Source: Bugula neritina (Eukaryota > Animalia > Bryozoa). Taken from it: a stretch of 64,000 nucleotides of DNA. Below the pieces are notes generated by a model that saw only the letters and a list, made by a program, of their open reading frames with translations, made no database searches and was not told the DNA's origin. This document shows positions 1 to 13,853 of the stretch, in pieces (the stretch's first letter is position 1; each line of letters begins with the position of its first letter). Where the stretch lies: NCBI GenBank assembly GCA_964035545.1, contig OZ037772.1, forward strand, positions 186,001-250,000, in the 5' to 3' direction. Both the position numbers and the translations under genes were made by a program.

Positions 1-681
1 TCCCTTTAAGGGTGGATGGCTATACTATTTCATTTTATAACAACTTTAGTGCATGCATGTCCAAAAAACTTTCGGATTTCTAAGCTCTCAGTGCACACGT
101 ATTACGCCGGTTTCCGGTCTGCTTCGAGTCCTAGTTACCTTATAACTAATAGTAATAATTGCATACTTTCGCAGCGTGTTATTTTTAGCCACTGCAACAC
201 ACAGATAAATCACTATACTGACATAAATTTTAAAACACAGAGTACAACTAATGCTCAATGAAAAAAACAAATGATACCATTTTATTATTGATATTAGAAG
301 CTTAAGTTACTTCCGTTAGAAATTTTGAGCATCGGAAAAATGAAATAGCCTCACCCTCACGATGTAATTAGAACGGGTGGCTAAGTACGGTGATAACACG
401 ATATTGTTAAAAGAAATTAGCTAAATCCAACGAGTGGCAAACTTTTCTATAAAACCTTACAAATAATTGCATGTAACTTATTACGCTTCCAAATAGATTA
501 TCATTACCGTAACCGGATATTACCAATATAACCTGTGCCTAGTAGTACTACTACTAGTAGTAGTCGCTCGCTATCTATATAAATTCGATTTCATATTCAT
601 ATTGCCATTGGACTCTAATGAACAAACTTATTACCTATATTACTAGTTACACTTGCACTTACTGTCGGCATGACTACACGA

Positions 682-1841
682 ATGGCTTCAAGTTCTAAAG
701 GCAAATGCAAAAGAAGAGTGTGTGAAGCTGCAAAGTGCAATGTGTTCGTACAAGGAAAAACACATGTTTAAATGGCCTGCTGATACTGTGTGTGGTGAAA
801 AATGGACCAAGTTTGTCAATACGAAAAGAAAAAACTTTCTGCCTGATAACTCTCGTTTGTGTTTTCAGCATTTTGGTGATGAACAATTTACAAATATGGG
901 CATGTATAAAGCAAAACTCATTAACATGTAAGTGAACAACTCACTCAAACTCATAGTGATACTGACTTAGTGATTGTGATAGAATTAGACGATAATGATA
1001 GTTTTTTTAATGTTGATTTTCAACAATAAGTATAACTACAACTATTAAGTATTACTACAAGTTGGTATAAGTCAATAGGATTGTCATGACCGTGTTGATT
1101 CAATTTCATGTGACTATGACATAAACTTGCAAGTACAAGTTTGCATTTATGATTTACACGATAACCATTATTGTAAGGAAATTCATTTATAATGGCGATA
1201 ATATGAAAGACTTATGATTATCAGAATGTGTCATAGTCACTTGGATACATCCCATTAATATTATGATTCATACGCACTGATACTCATGCTATGAGTATGA
1301 TACTGGTAATGGTGCCCATCATCAATACCAGTAAAAATTAATGGTAAATATTGTTCACTTAGCTTATTGAAAGAATAAAAATTCATTGTCTTTGATTTAC
1401 TCTTTAGATTGCATTTAGAGAAAACAGCAGTCCCAACTATTCATTTAGTGGAAACTGAGGGTGCAACTGGATGCACTCCATTAACTCCTCGGAAACAAAG
1501 TCAGCAGGCAGCCACTATCACACCTAAAGAAGCTCGCTGGTTAAAAAGATCAGACCCTGGTTTTCTGTAAGGATTATAATATTGAAAATGCGATCTTGAG
1601 CAATAAAATTGAAATATGATATAGACAGCAATTGAGATTTTCTGCAGCTGTTTCAATAATACTTTTCCATTTACCTTCATATATAATAATATTTTAGAGC
1701 TTTGCCAAGTCAAACTAAAAAACCAGCTCTCAATCTTAAGCCAGAAAAGAAGGGCCTACAGAAAGGAATAGGACACAATAAATATGTGCAAACACCTAAA
1801 AGGATGCAGAAAAAGATTAGAAGCAAAGCTGTTCAATGCTG
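682..1841 (+). pseudogene. THAP-domain N-terminus of the Kolobok transposase, frameshifted and truncated (exons 682-927, 1408-1566, 1698-1841)
   Basis: CEAAKC...MFKWP...KW..FV...LCFQHF plus LEKTAVPTI in exon 2 is the C2CH THAP signature with the AVPT box. The ATG frame stops at 769-771 and a +1 shift near the A5 run (756-760) is needed. No catalytic DDE exons were found before the KolX stop. Confidence 0.8.
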
Positions 1842-2567
1842 GTATATAGAAATATGGCGAAATAGTATTGTTCACTTAGCTCAAAAACTGAATTCATAGC
1901 TTTTCTCCATATTTATTTTTATTTAAAATGCATGTTCTAATGCAACAAAAAAAACAAATATTTTTGTGTAATGGAAATAATATTTTTAATTTTCCACCTC
2001 AAGGTGTGTCAAAAATAAATTTGGACAATATATCTACTTGTAGTCTCAGTTTCCATTGAAATGTAAATATTCGTTTTCACTGTAGAGCAGCTGTATGTTT
2101 GGTTTTGTTGGTACTTTATTAGAGCCATAAATAGCAATGTGAAAACAATAAATAGCAATAAATAAAACAATATATTGGTAAAAATATGTAAAAAGTTATA
2201 CTATGTTACAAAGTTTCATAAAAACAATATTGTTATATTATATTACATTGTATAAGATATTCTAGTGTACTAGGAATATTGCAATACCTGATTGCTCTAC
2301 ATAACCAAGTAGTGAAGTAAATTCTATTTGTTGAATCAAAATTCAAGCTTTGTAGAATATGATCTTAGAGTCACTTGAAAAGTTCAGCGCAAAAATAGTC
2401 ACCATATTGAAGTATATTCACCATTATTGCAACTCAAACTCAACGGTAAATTAATTTCAAAGGTCAGGGAGATTGCAAATAATGAGGTTTATTCTCATAG
2501 TAAGCTGTACACACTACAAGAGGCAGTAGCAACTGACTGCTACTAAAAACCACCAGAGTGTTAATGT

Positions 2568-4289
2568 TCATAAATCTTCATTGTACACGAATTTGCTGAA
2601 CATCCATTCAGCAAATTCTTCCTCATCATCAGTTGGGGGGAATGTAGCTTGCACCCAATCATATAAGCAAGCTGGTAAAGGGCGTCTCTCACCTTTTTTA
2701 ATATCTGGAAACAGCCAGAACACCAAAAACCGGTAGCTGCAGAACCTTTTTTTAGTGTTGAGAGAATGGGCCTTCTCATCAAACAAATCATCTACAAAAA
2801 TAAATGATTGGCTAAATAATCAAGTAAGACTATCTAGAAAAACTAACAATGACAGTTACTGATATACAGTGGCAATTGACTAACCATGATATCTCAGGTA
2901 GCTGCTGTATGCAACTTCTAATACAGCTGGTTGCGTCAATTGCTGTACTCCCGGGTGCTGTGTTATACATTCCATGCTGCTATCTAATCGAAGGTTTGCA
3001 GCATGATCACGGCAACAAACAGACTGTTCCACTGTAGGCTGATTTTGGCAGCGGTGGCAAGTGCACCACTCCGTGGCTGGCCTTATACTTTTCTAAAAAA
3101 CAAACAAGCTTTTCTAAAAACGTTATTACCAGTATCATCCACATTAAGTCCATTAATTACTGTGTCTAAATTTGTTTCCTGTACTTTTCTTTGTATTGAA
3201 AATTGAGTCCAATGAGGCTGAAGTTTGAAAATACTTTAAAATCATGGGTTTTAAAATATTCCAAGTTTGCATTACTGTTCAGACTATTTTTATATTTATA
3301 GTTAAAAATTAATTAGATTTTTTATATTAAAACAAACTCATAATTTTTGCTATGAAATAAACTAATTTTCAGGAATTTTAAAATATTTTAATGTTGTTAG
3401 TACTATATGTTATACTATAAAAGCAGAAATTCAGAGAAATAGGGGGCTTAGAAATAAAATACTAAATACTATCATCGTGAATGCAAGTTTGACATGATTA
3501 TGTATGTGATTAACTTATTTTGTTAAGGATCGGTATAACCACAATTACAATAAAAGTGAATAATAATTATCATTATTATGCATTTATAAAAATACAGTCT
3601 TTCCCTTGACTTAAATTATCAGGTAAATCTAACTACAAATAATTAATACTAATACCTGTATTGGTAGTAGTAATAACAAAATTAGTATTGATCAAATATT
3701 TAATTACTTGACTGGAATTTGTAATCATTAAATTTAATGATTATCACATTATTATTAATAATATTATATAAACTGATAGCAATCATCAAATATTTAGCTT
3801 GTAATTTGATATCATGCTTGCTCTAAAGCTTTAGTAGCACAAAACTCAGCTATATTATTATTAACTAATTAAGCCAGGATCAATACGAGCATTGGCATTG
3901 AGCATTGGCATTACGATTACAAAATGAAAATTAAATATTATAATTATAATAATTTATAACTTATACTAGCTTATACTTATAAACTTAAAGTTAAAGTATT
4001 ACTATTAGTATTACGGTATTAGTACTACTATTAGTAACACTATAGTTTATAAAATTAAATCGTACTGATACTGTAAAATTATAAATATTATCACCTGTTG
4101 CTCATCAGTAACATTAAAATCCTTGTCATGACTATCATCTCCATTTTCATCTTGATACGTAAACGGCTCAAACTGATAGCCCATTACTTCAGAAATCCCA
4201 GTGACAGCGTGAGTGTGATTGTCATAGTCATACTCATTACGATTCTCACTGCGCTCTAAGTATTCTTCGTCAGAGCCAGATATGTTCAT
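2568..4289 (-). CDS. KolX / P2X7 cytoplasmic ballast (nanor-like) zinc-binding protein, ~208 aa, exons 4289-4095, 3092-2885, 2791-2568
   Basis: Spliced ORF is open with GT-AG introns in matching phase. Motifs: YQFEP, WCTCHRC, SVCC, CITQH, RFCSYRFLVFW and GERRPLPACLYDWVQATFP, typical of the P2X7 C-terminal/KolX family. Confidence 0.85.
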
Positions 4290-4753
4290 ATTGATATCGT
4301 ATTTATGTTATTTCTGTATTAGATTTAACTTTATCACAATTACACTGCACAGACTCGGACACGGTAAGTTAAAGTTGGTAGCTATGTCTTTATTGCCGCG
4401 AAATTTGTTTATGAAATAAAACCTAAATTCCACAAAAAAACACTAATTGGGGGGCTAGACAGACGTCCGATAAATTAAAAATGCTAAAACTAAGGTTACA
4501 TGCAACGGAAAATATAGCCTATATTTATTTTCCGAATGTCTTACAGGCGGCATTCCCATCTATTTCTCGCAACTGCGGTGTAATACGTCACAGAAAGGCG
4601 AAAAAAATTCTGGAAGTTTTTTGGACATGCATGCACTAAAATTATTATAAAACAAAATTGTTTAGACCTGAAACCCTAAAAGAGTGTTAAAATAATAGCC
4701 AAGACATAGATGGATATTTTCATGCTATATAAGTAAAGTGTGTCAGGAATTCT

Positions 4754-6478
4754 TTAAATTAATAAGTAAATAAATAATGCTACTAGACAAAGACAGACAA
4801 GATTTAGTCAAATAAATAAATTAATAAGTAAATAAATAAATAAATAGTGTTACTAGACAAAGACAGACAATATTTAGTCGAATAAATAAATTAATAAGTA
4901 AATAAATAAATAAACAGTGTTACTAGACTAAGACAGACAGAGTTAGACAATGAATTAGTAAACTGTCAAGTTGGTTAATATGATTACAATAATATAGCCT
5001 ACCCAGTGAGCCCACTCCCTCAACACCTCCAACTACCCACAGTCAGAAACAACCGCAGGGATCAAAAATTCACAGACGGAAAAAGATCTCTGTAACCCAG
5101 TACAATCTCTAGACCACAAAAATCTCCAACCAGCAGGCTGTGAATTCTGTGATTATGCTTTTCTTTGGCTCCACTCTTTTAGCACTACCGACGGTAGCAC
5201 AAGTCAAAGGAGGGGTAACGGTATGGAACTTCTCTATTATTCAATATTTTATTCTAGTTACAGTTAGTCGTAGTCATACTGGTCAAGTTTCACAACTTGA
5301 AGATAGACCAAAAAAATTGAAAGCATATATGTCTATTAGTGTGCAACTTGAAATGTAATTTAGAAAAGAGAGAAACAGTTAATTTTAACGCATGGTCTTC
5401 AATTAGCAATGCAAAATAAAACCAAATACTAATACAGTTATAGTTATACTCATACCGTAATAGTTATAGTAATAACCATCTTCATAATCATAATCATAAT
5501 GATCATCATCATGTAGCCTACTACTACTAGCACTACTGCTACTACTAGTGGTAGTATTACTATTAGTATTAGTATTACTCTAATACTATTACTATTAGTA
5601 GTATTTAGTACTGTGATTATTAGTACTAGTACTAGTAGTAGTACTACTAGTACTACTAGTAGTAGTACTAGTACTAGCTTAAATTATCTAGCAATAATCT
5701 GGCAAAGACTATCACTATGACTATGAGTATCAGACTCAGTATGAGATTGAGTATGGGATTGTCATTGAGTATCAGTATGAGTATCAGTATGTACTATGTT
5801 ATCTGACTAAGAGTAAGAGTAAGACGATGTGCAAGTGTTACAATAAATAAATAATACTTATTTAGATTGAGATTATTCTATATAGTCAAAATTGAATTTC
5901 CTACATTAATTATTTCATAATATTGATTGAATTAAGAACATTTATAATTGTATCGCGATAGCCCTGATGGCTGATACAGACATAAAATGGAAGCAAATAT
6001 TACTTCTCAGCAGTTTGAAAGAAATCAACTAAAATTCGCCTGAAATCAATACGGCGACGCTTATCGTACTTCCAGCTTTGCGGTCAAGTTAAAAGTTGTA
6101 GTTTGCGGGTTTACATGAGTACTCTTAGCGAGTCAAAATCGATCATTAATTTTTATCTAGCCTTGCTTCTCAAAAACGGATTTTAAAGTCATAAAAACCG
6201 TACAATTGGATATTGCTTAAGTACAATGAGAGGCGTAAGCGCACCGTCTAGATAATCTTGTCGCATTGTGAAATAAATTATGCTATATGCTTGCCGTACC
6301 CACTAGGATTAGTGATGACTGAGCATAAGTTGCTTTATACTTGTGACTTATAAGTTGTAGTTTTTAACTCAATTTGACGAAACTTATTATCCTTATTTTG
6401 CTTGAAAAGGATGCTACGCTTTAAAGATTTAATTCCCTTGCATAAGCAAGTTGTAAGTAATACTAATAGTAATAGTAA
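4754..6478 (+). repeat. ~1.7-kb dispersed repeat, copy 1 (direct repeat of 41747-43379)
   Basis: Near-identical collinear sequence in both places (roughly 95% by eye). Starts with ~70-bp sub-repeats and includes a CpG-richer segment at ~5950-6310. Confidence 0.95.
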
Positions 6479-6532
6479 TACTAATACTAATAGTAATAGT
6501 AAATCACTAAATGTAATACTCTAATTAATAAT

Positions 6533-6605
6533 TTATATTAACACTACAACTTACTTAAAGTTAATTTAATAAATTAACTTTAAGTAAGTTGTAGTGTTAA
6601 TATAA
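6533..6605. repeat. Perfect palindrome, 36-bp arms, 1-nt centre
   Basis: ttatattaacactacaacttacttaaagttaattta-a-taaattaactttaagtaagttgtagtgttaatataa. Confidence 0.95.
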
Positions 6606-7274
6606 TTTTTTATTCATTATTAATATGAATAAGAATCAATCAATTATAATTATTGAATAAGTATAACATGATATTGATATTCATATTGATTATGATCAAG
6701 ATTATCATTATGATTATGATTATCACTGATAAGCGATAAATGATAATAATAAATATAATCATTATGATTATGGGTTTATCAATTTTTTTTAAGTGATTAT
6801 CATTATCGTTATGAATATGATTTATCAATTTCATTAATCATAATAAAAGGTGATGAACCTAAATAAAATGATATAAATAAATTAAAAAATTATTATAAAA
6901 TAAAAATATAAATATTTATAATGCATATTTCATTTTGATTTTGTAGTAATTATATTTATTATTTTTTAATTTATGTTAACTCACCTTCAATTAGTTATAC
7001 TCAAGTTATAGTTTTTTATATTCCTAGTTATAGTCTCAGCCCTCACGGCTTACAGTTACTGATTGGGATAGACTTTCTACAGCTACTATGTCTACTGGTA
7101 CTTGGGTACTCCTACTAATATTGATAGTCATATTGATAGTCCTCTTACCTCTTACACGCATTAGAGCATGTAGCAAGAAGCACACCTCTACAGTTGCCGA
7201 TTACAGGCTAGCAAGTATTTTCAGTATGTTGCACATATACAACTCTGGTGTATTGACTAATTATTTAGCATAGA

Positions 7275-7655
7275 CTTAAGCTCTCGGGCTGTTTTTGGAA
7301 AGAAGCTGCTGTAGTAGGCTGCTGATTTTGCAAAAATGGTTGGGGGATCGTCCCTGCTTGATGCCTTAGTAAACCTAGTATTTTAGGTTTTACTGTTCAT
7401 CAGTTCATAGGAGTTGGTTAGAGATGCCTGATTTCCCTCATTAGATAGAAGTCGCAACAGTAACTTGTGCCTCAGCTTGAAGCGTCTGTCAGGGAGAGAT
7501 TCTAGGTTTAGTTTGTCACGCGTCACAGTGATACTGTCTTTGCCTTTCAATTTAGTAATGAATCTGATTGCATTATTTTGCACCTGTTCTATATCTTTGA
7601 TGAGGTATTGCAAACGGGGATCTCAAATTGCTGCTGCACCTTCTAGTTGTGGCCT
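7275..7655 (-). mobile_element. 5'-truncated non-LTR retrotransposon (CR1/L2-like) ORF2 C-terminal remnant
   Basis: RPQLEGAAAI*DP...IKDIEQVQNNAIRFI...LNLESLPDRR...YYSSFFPKTARE matches the post-RT region of LINE ORF2. Contains a W-to-stop change and a frameshift. Confidence 0.8.
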
Positions 7656-8596
7656 ACTCATACTCATACTCATGTCGATAATTCATTTAGTTTACCTTAC
7701 TATTTTAGTTTCAATAAATACAATTATATTAATTATATTTATAATAATATTAACTATAATATTTAATTCTATACCATGATTTGATAATTATTATTGTAAT
7801 CTAAAAATCAAATATGCCTATTAATATTAATTTGATAGTTATGATAATAAAAGTGTGAATTTAAATTACTTTTAGTGTTCATTCAATGATTTAAGTTTTT
7901 ATCATTAAAAAATAAATGGTTAATTATCGTAATTGATAGGTTAAAGTTGAGATAATCATAATGGTAGACATAATGATAATCGTGAATAGTATAATGATCA
8001 CCTAAAGTAAAAGGTAAACCGTTATCATGTTCATAATGACTACATAAAGTTGAATGTTATGATAGTAAGTTATACTTGTATAATTAAATAAAAGTAATAT
8101 TATTTAATTTTACATTTCAAGCTGCAATTACAAAGTTTGACCTTCGATGGTGAAAAGCAATCATCATCATCATGCTGATCACTTGCAATCTATTCATATT
8201 ACTAATTAATCATTAAGCATAACCGTCAGTCATCAGACTGAGTCATTTATGGTTGACCTTGTGATTAACATTGGCATTTCGATTTTAGCAGAATCTTTCA
8301 AATGACAATGATTATTATCATGTGATAGTCACAAAGTTGAAATGCAGTATCGTTTGTCTGAAAATTTCGTGATTTTTCATTAGAATCAGAAATGAGATGT
8401 CTGATCGTGAAAAGTCACAGTCTTTCATTATTGAACTGTGTGGTTTATAGGAGTTTTATCACTGAACCCCCACGCATAACTAAGGCAATACTGAGCTATT
8501 AGTTTATATTATTAGTATTAAGATATCTGTCTATAACTATAGTGGGTCAGTAGTTTGTATGTTTAGTCTACAACTTAGTATATTTATATATCAGTG

Positions 8597-8793
8597 CATA
8601 GTCACCATCCTTGTGAGAGACTCCTGGTGGAAAGCATTTTTGTTAAAACAGGCTAAGGACTTATTCAGATGAGGCACATGGGCTATTATGACTGAATGCT
8701 CTTCCTAACATCACCAATGGCTTTTGTCGGGGTTCAAACCCATGACTTTGTGCTTCATTGGCAGCCGCTCTAACCCCTAGACCACAGCTGCTC
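8597..8793 (-). mobile_element. tRNA-derived SINE-like element
   Basis: Minus strand has A-box-like TGGTCTAGGGG and B-box-like GGTTTGAACCC. Related copies share the tail atagtcaccatcc(c/t)tgtgaga at ~58868 and ~62015. Confidence 0.6.
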
Positions 8794-10384
8794 CCCTATA
8801 CTTTATAGTTTTCTATTCTAGACACGACGTGTCCCATGCCTGATTCTTACTCCCCGTCCTATGTGGAAGCTGCCTGGTACTCTTGGTGGGAGAAGGAAGG
8901 ATTCTTCAAACCTGAGTATAATCTCAAAGGTACACTTCTCATCATAGTAAAGTCTATAATGTATGATTGGTTACTTCTAACACGTAGAGGTGTGATTTGT
9001 TACTCTGTTGTAACAGGTACTGTGATTGGTTGCTTTTTACTTTGTAACCGAGAGAGATGTGATTGGTTGCTTTGTAACAGGTAGAGATGTGCTGAAACTC
9101 ACACCTGAAGAGAAGTTTATCATCCTGATCCCTCCCCCTAATGTGACCGGGACTCTTCACCTAGGACACGCCCTCGCGGGGGCGGTTGAGGATGCGATAG
9201 TTCGGTGGTAAGATGTTCATTCATATAGATGAGACAACTCCGTACTTACCTAGTCACTAAACTGGTGGTGTATGTAGCTTATAGCATGTAACAGTAGACA
9301 CCATTCCTCTGGTGGTGACTACATGACATTTCGGCATCTTGCCAAGTCACTTTGACATATTCCACAGACAGGCTATGAACATCTCCCTGTTAATTCTTTT
9401 TTGAATGCTGAGAAAATTTGTGTTAAGTACCGGTTGGCATAAGTCATTCATCTATCATATTGATGTTTTTTCAACCACAGATATTTCTCTCAGCACCTTT
9501 CCAGAATATCTACAGGTGTCTGATATGCTTGCGTTGTCAGGTGTCTGCAGGTGTCAGTTCTGTTGTATTATCAGGCACCGGATGAATGGGAAGGTGACAC
9601 TGTTTGTACCCGGATGTGATCACGCAGGAATAGCCACTCAAGTTGTCGTCGAGAAAAAACTCGCTAGAGAAGAGAATAAAACTCGACACGATTTGGAACG
9701 AGATGAGTTTGTGAGACGAGTGTGGGACTGGAAGAACCAGTAAGAGAATATTTTATCCTGAAATGCATTTCATAGCGACTTAGTATTCGGGTTTGAGTTT
9801 TTATTTTATCTTATTGGTGTGCAGTTGCTACAGTTTGATATAAGATAATATAATAGCGATAATATGATAAAATTATATATATAATTGAATATACAAAAAG
9901 TTAAATATAGGTTTACTTCATCACACTCTATCATTGGACTCATTATTTAAGTTGCTAATATAACTAAGTTTTGCAGCACAATGATTGGTCAGTGTTATTA
10001 TATAATTTCTATAGAAAAGGAGACAGAATCTACCATCAGTTGAGGAAAGTGGGCGGGTCTTATGACTGGGACCGATCTACGTTCACTATGGATGAGGTGA
10101 GGAGTTATCCTCTCTATACATGTATTATGTTTGAGTAGTGGAGTCTATATGCCGTGTCGGCTGTTTACTGACTCAGTGTGTTATCCTCTCTATGATTGGT
10201 TAATCATGAGGCCTGGTCTCCAATCAGTTCACACTTGACACATGACTCATATATAATTGTTTATTAGAAATCTGTGAAAGCGGTGAACGAAGCGTTTATC
10301 AGAATGCACGAGAAAGGTGTGATCTACAGAGCTAACCGACTGGTCAACTGGTCCTGTACTCTCAACTCTGCCATCTCTGATATC

Positions 10385-10630
10385 TTCGGATGAATACGAA
10401 CGGATCTGTGGTTGCGGTTTAGTTCGATTGACCTCCCGAACATCCAATGAAAAATCCATCATAATGTGAAGCAATCACTATGTTTCTAAGCTTTTGTGTT
10501 ATGTGAATGGATTTCTCATGCAATGTTTGGTAACAGTTACAACAATGAGACCACAACCACAAATTCATACGTAGGAGCTTCCTTTCCTCTCACACAATGT
10601 GAACTAATAGAGAAGAATCGGAATGCAGTG
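10385..10630. mobile_element. Degenerate MITE related to the 23994-25184 element, truncating a VARS exon
   Basis: Shares tatg.gaatggattt..cat...aaaaccgca motifs with 24010-24090 in both orientations and ends in ggaatgcagtg, like the family TIR. Confidence 0.55.
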
Positions 10631-11237
10631 ACTCACAAGCACACACTACAGTTTAACCTTTGACCTGTATAGTCTGAGAGAGTTGTATCACTGATTGCAG
10701 GTAGACAAAGTAGAGTTGACAGGAAGGACTATGCTCTCTGTGCCGGGCTACAAGGAGAAGGTGGAGTTCGGAGTTCTCCTTTCCTTTGCATATAAAGTGG
10801 AAGACTCTGACGAAGAGATCATTGTGGCCACAACTAGATTAGAAACTATGTTGAGTTAGTAGACATCAATGTCACTAATAGCTTTGTTGCTAAGCAACGT
10901 AATAATGGCTGACTCTTGCTGCCAGTTGAAATAACTCCAGTAAATCTTTCTAACTATTCTTACTTTCTCACTTAGGAGCAATAGTGGAGAACTTGAGATA
11001 GCCTAAGTTCTTTAATTTTATTATTGCATTTTGGTTTAAGGTGCGGGTTGAAGTTTCAAGAAAATAACTTCTTGTGCTATATTTCTAATCTAGAACACAT
11101 GTTTTCCTCAATTTTTCCATTACTGCACCTACCTCCACCTACCGCCGTTTCCTGATCAGGGGGCAACAACTCTGCATAAAGTCCTTAAAGTAAAACACTA
11201 ATCATAAGGTCCTCCATCTTGGTTTTGTGAGTTCTCT

Positions 11238-11840
11238 GTTGTCCTGTATATTCATAGCCCGTTGTCCTGTATATTCATAGCCTGTTGTCCTGTATATTCA
11301 TAGCCCGTTGTCCTGTATATTCATAGCCTGTTGTCCTGTATATTCATAGCTTGTAGTCCTGTATATTCATAGCCTGTTGTCCTGTATATTCATAGCTTGT
11401 AGTCCTGTATATTCATAGCCTGTTGTCCTGTATATTCATAGCCTGTTGTCCTGTATATTCATAGCCTGTTGTCCTGTATAGTCATAGCCTGTTGTCTTGT
11501 ATATTCATAGCCTGTTGTCCTGTATATTCATAGCTTGTAGTCCTGTATATTCATAGCCTGTTGTCCTGTATATTCATAGCCTGTTGTCCTGTATATTCAT
11601 AGCCTGTTGTCCTGTATATTCATAGCCCGTTGTCCTGTATATTCATAGCCTGTTGTCCTGTATATTCATAGCCTGTTGTCCTGTATATTCATAGCCTGTT
11701 GTCCTGTATATTCATAGCCTGTTGTCCTGTATATTCATAGCCTGTTGTTCTGTATATTCATAGCTTGTAGTCCTGTATATTCATAGCCTGTTGTCCTGTA
11801 TATTCATAGCCTGTTGTCCTGTATATTCATAGCCTGTTGT
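11238..11840. repeat. 23-bp minisatellite (tgttgtcctgtatattcatagcc)n
   Basis: About 26 tandem units seen directly. Confidence 0.95.
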
Positions 11841-13539
11841 GTTTCTTACATGGTAATTTCAGAAGTTGACCGGCCCAACTATTTTCAAAGACTATTAACT
11901 AATTATTTCCATCACTAAACTATCATTTCATTTGATTTGTTTTGTTTGGGGCAGTGCTTCCACTATATCTTATGTTTCTAGTTCATATGAAATACCACAG
12001 GTCATGAGAATGGCTTTGTCCTTTGTTTTGTGGCTTATGTTATGTGTATTGGAACAAATTAGTTTAAATTAACAGATCCGTGTGTTAAATATGGTATTCT
12101 GCTATGGTTAGAATTCTACTATGTCATGAATTGAGGTGTCAGGTCCCTCAGCTTACTGAGATACGGAGGGAGAACTAAATTGGAGTCTATTCGTACAGCA
12201 ACGAGTACTGTTTGTAATATTCATAGCCTCAGAGCTTCTCACTTCCCATCTAATTGTTGATAGGGGCGGTGAAGATAACCCCCTCACATGATCCCAAGGA
12301 TTACGACGTTGGCCTCTGACACAAACTCCCCTTCCTCACAATCATTGACGATGACGGGTTAATATGTGGAGACTCCGGCGAGTTTGTGGGAATGAAAAGG
12401 TGTGTGAATCTAGTATTCTGTGTTTCTGACAATGAGGTGGCATAACTCCTAATTGTGTGACATATTTCTAAGTTGAGATGGTTCTTCCTTGCATTATATA
12501 TGCTACCTCGAAGGAACAAGTAACTTTTACCTTTTTGCGTTTATGAAAAGAAACACAACTCCATGTTGTTACTCAAAGGTGGCGTAACTCCCAATATTAC
12601 TTATAGTTATTTACCAAAATGAAGCAGGTCTTTCTTCTGTAATGCAACATGTTAGAGTTGTATGGCTTGAACTTGCTTTGCTCACTGCACTACAAGGTCT
12701 TATTTTCCTATTTTGGCTGTTTCACAATTAGTCAACTTAATAGCAAGAAAATATTGATCTACATAGGTTTTAGTGGTTTAATACCATTTGTGTACAGGTG
12801 ACAGGTGTGTACAGGTGACAGGTGTGAGCAGGTGACATTTGTAAGCAGGTGACAGGTGTGAGCCTATTAGCAATTTATACTCTGTGTAAGTTTTATGTGC
12901 AGGTGTTCATAAAAGGCTGGAAGACTTGAGGCCATACAAAGGAAAGGAAGACAACCCTATGGTAGTTCCTGTATGTAGGTGAGTCGTCTTCTCTCTACAA
13001 TCTTATCCCAACTTGTTAGATTTCTACAGGTTCCATTACATTTTCTTCATACACGTCCAGTTAGATCCTGAACTTTTTCTAGTCATGTTTACTTGTGAGT
13101 CATTTTACTTAGTTTAGTACACACCATATATCTGGTTCTTAGCTATTTTCACAGTTTAGCTGCTATTGTGTATAGTTTCTTACATTAAAATGTTGAATTA
13201 GCAGCTCAACTGTGAACAATAGCTAAAAGCTAGAGGTATATAGCTTTGTGTATTAAATTAAGTAAAATGACTCATAGCTGCAGATCTCGATGTAATAGAA
13301 GTTGTCCTCTCTTGTTCTCCTAAAGAATAGCTCCATTAACATATCCACTATATTTTACAATGCTGTTGAGTTGAACTGTTACTATGTGAGTCTGTCTTTT
13401 AACAATGACCTCCACAACGTGTTCTCTTGTGTTATAGTCGATCTAAAGATATCATTGAGCCGATACCCAAACCACAGTGATATGTGGCATGTGACGATAT
13501 GGCAGCCAAGGCTGTAGAGGTACTTGTATTATATATTAT

Positions 13540-13853
13540 GTATAGTATATAATATATTAGTACTGTGTATAGTATATATGTTAGTACTGTATAGTATATA
13601 ATATATTAGTAATGTGTATAGTATATAATATATTAGTACTGTATAGTATAATATATTGGTACTGTGTAGTATATATATTAGTACTGTATAGTATGTCTAT
13701 AGCATAGTATATCTATAGCATAGTATATCTATAGCATAGTATATCTATAGCATAGTATATCTATAGTATAGTATATCTATAGCATAGTATATCTATAGCA
13801 TAGTATATCTATAGTATACTATATCTATAGTATAGTATATCTATAGCATAGTA
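13540..13853. repeat. AT-rich minisatellites, including 16-bp (tatatctatagcatag)n
   Basis: Tandem units filling a VARS intron. Confidence 0.85.

Larger units (their letters stand above)
10..4676 (+). mobile_element. Kolobok-superfamily DNA transposon, internally deleted (non-autonomous)
   Basis: Imperfect ~65-bp TIRs: left GGGTggatggctatac...ttagtgcatgcatgtccaaaaaactt, right aagttttttggacatgcatgcactaaa...gaaACCC. Flanks are TTAA (6-9) and TAAA (4677-4680). It contains a convergent THAP gene (+) and KolX/P2X7-ballast-like gene (-), the known two-gene Kolobok layout. Confidence 0.85.

Noticed and set aside
5140-5358. 72/80-aa ORF with a hydrophobic N-terminus in both copies of the dispersed repeat
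   Set aside because: GTG start, stop position differs between copies and no recognisable motif; similarity is explained by the duplication
8720-8793. Possible tRNA gene
   Set aside because: Only A/B-box-like motifs without a convincing cloverleaf; shares a tail with other dispersed copies, so treated as a SINE
12317-13480. In-frame TGA codons as selenocysteine or an alternative genetic code
   Set aside because: They replace different residues (Arg, Trp) and co-occur with a frameshift, exon loss and truncation, indicating pseudogene decay
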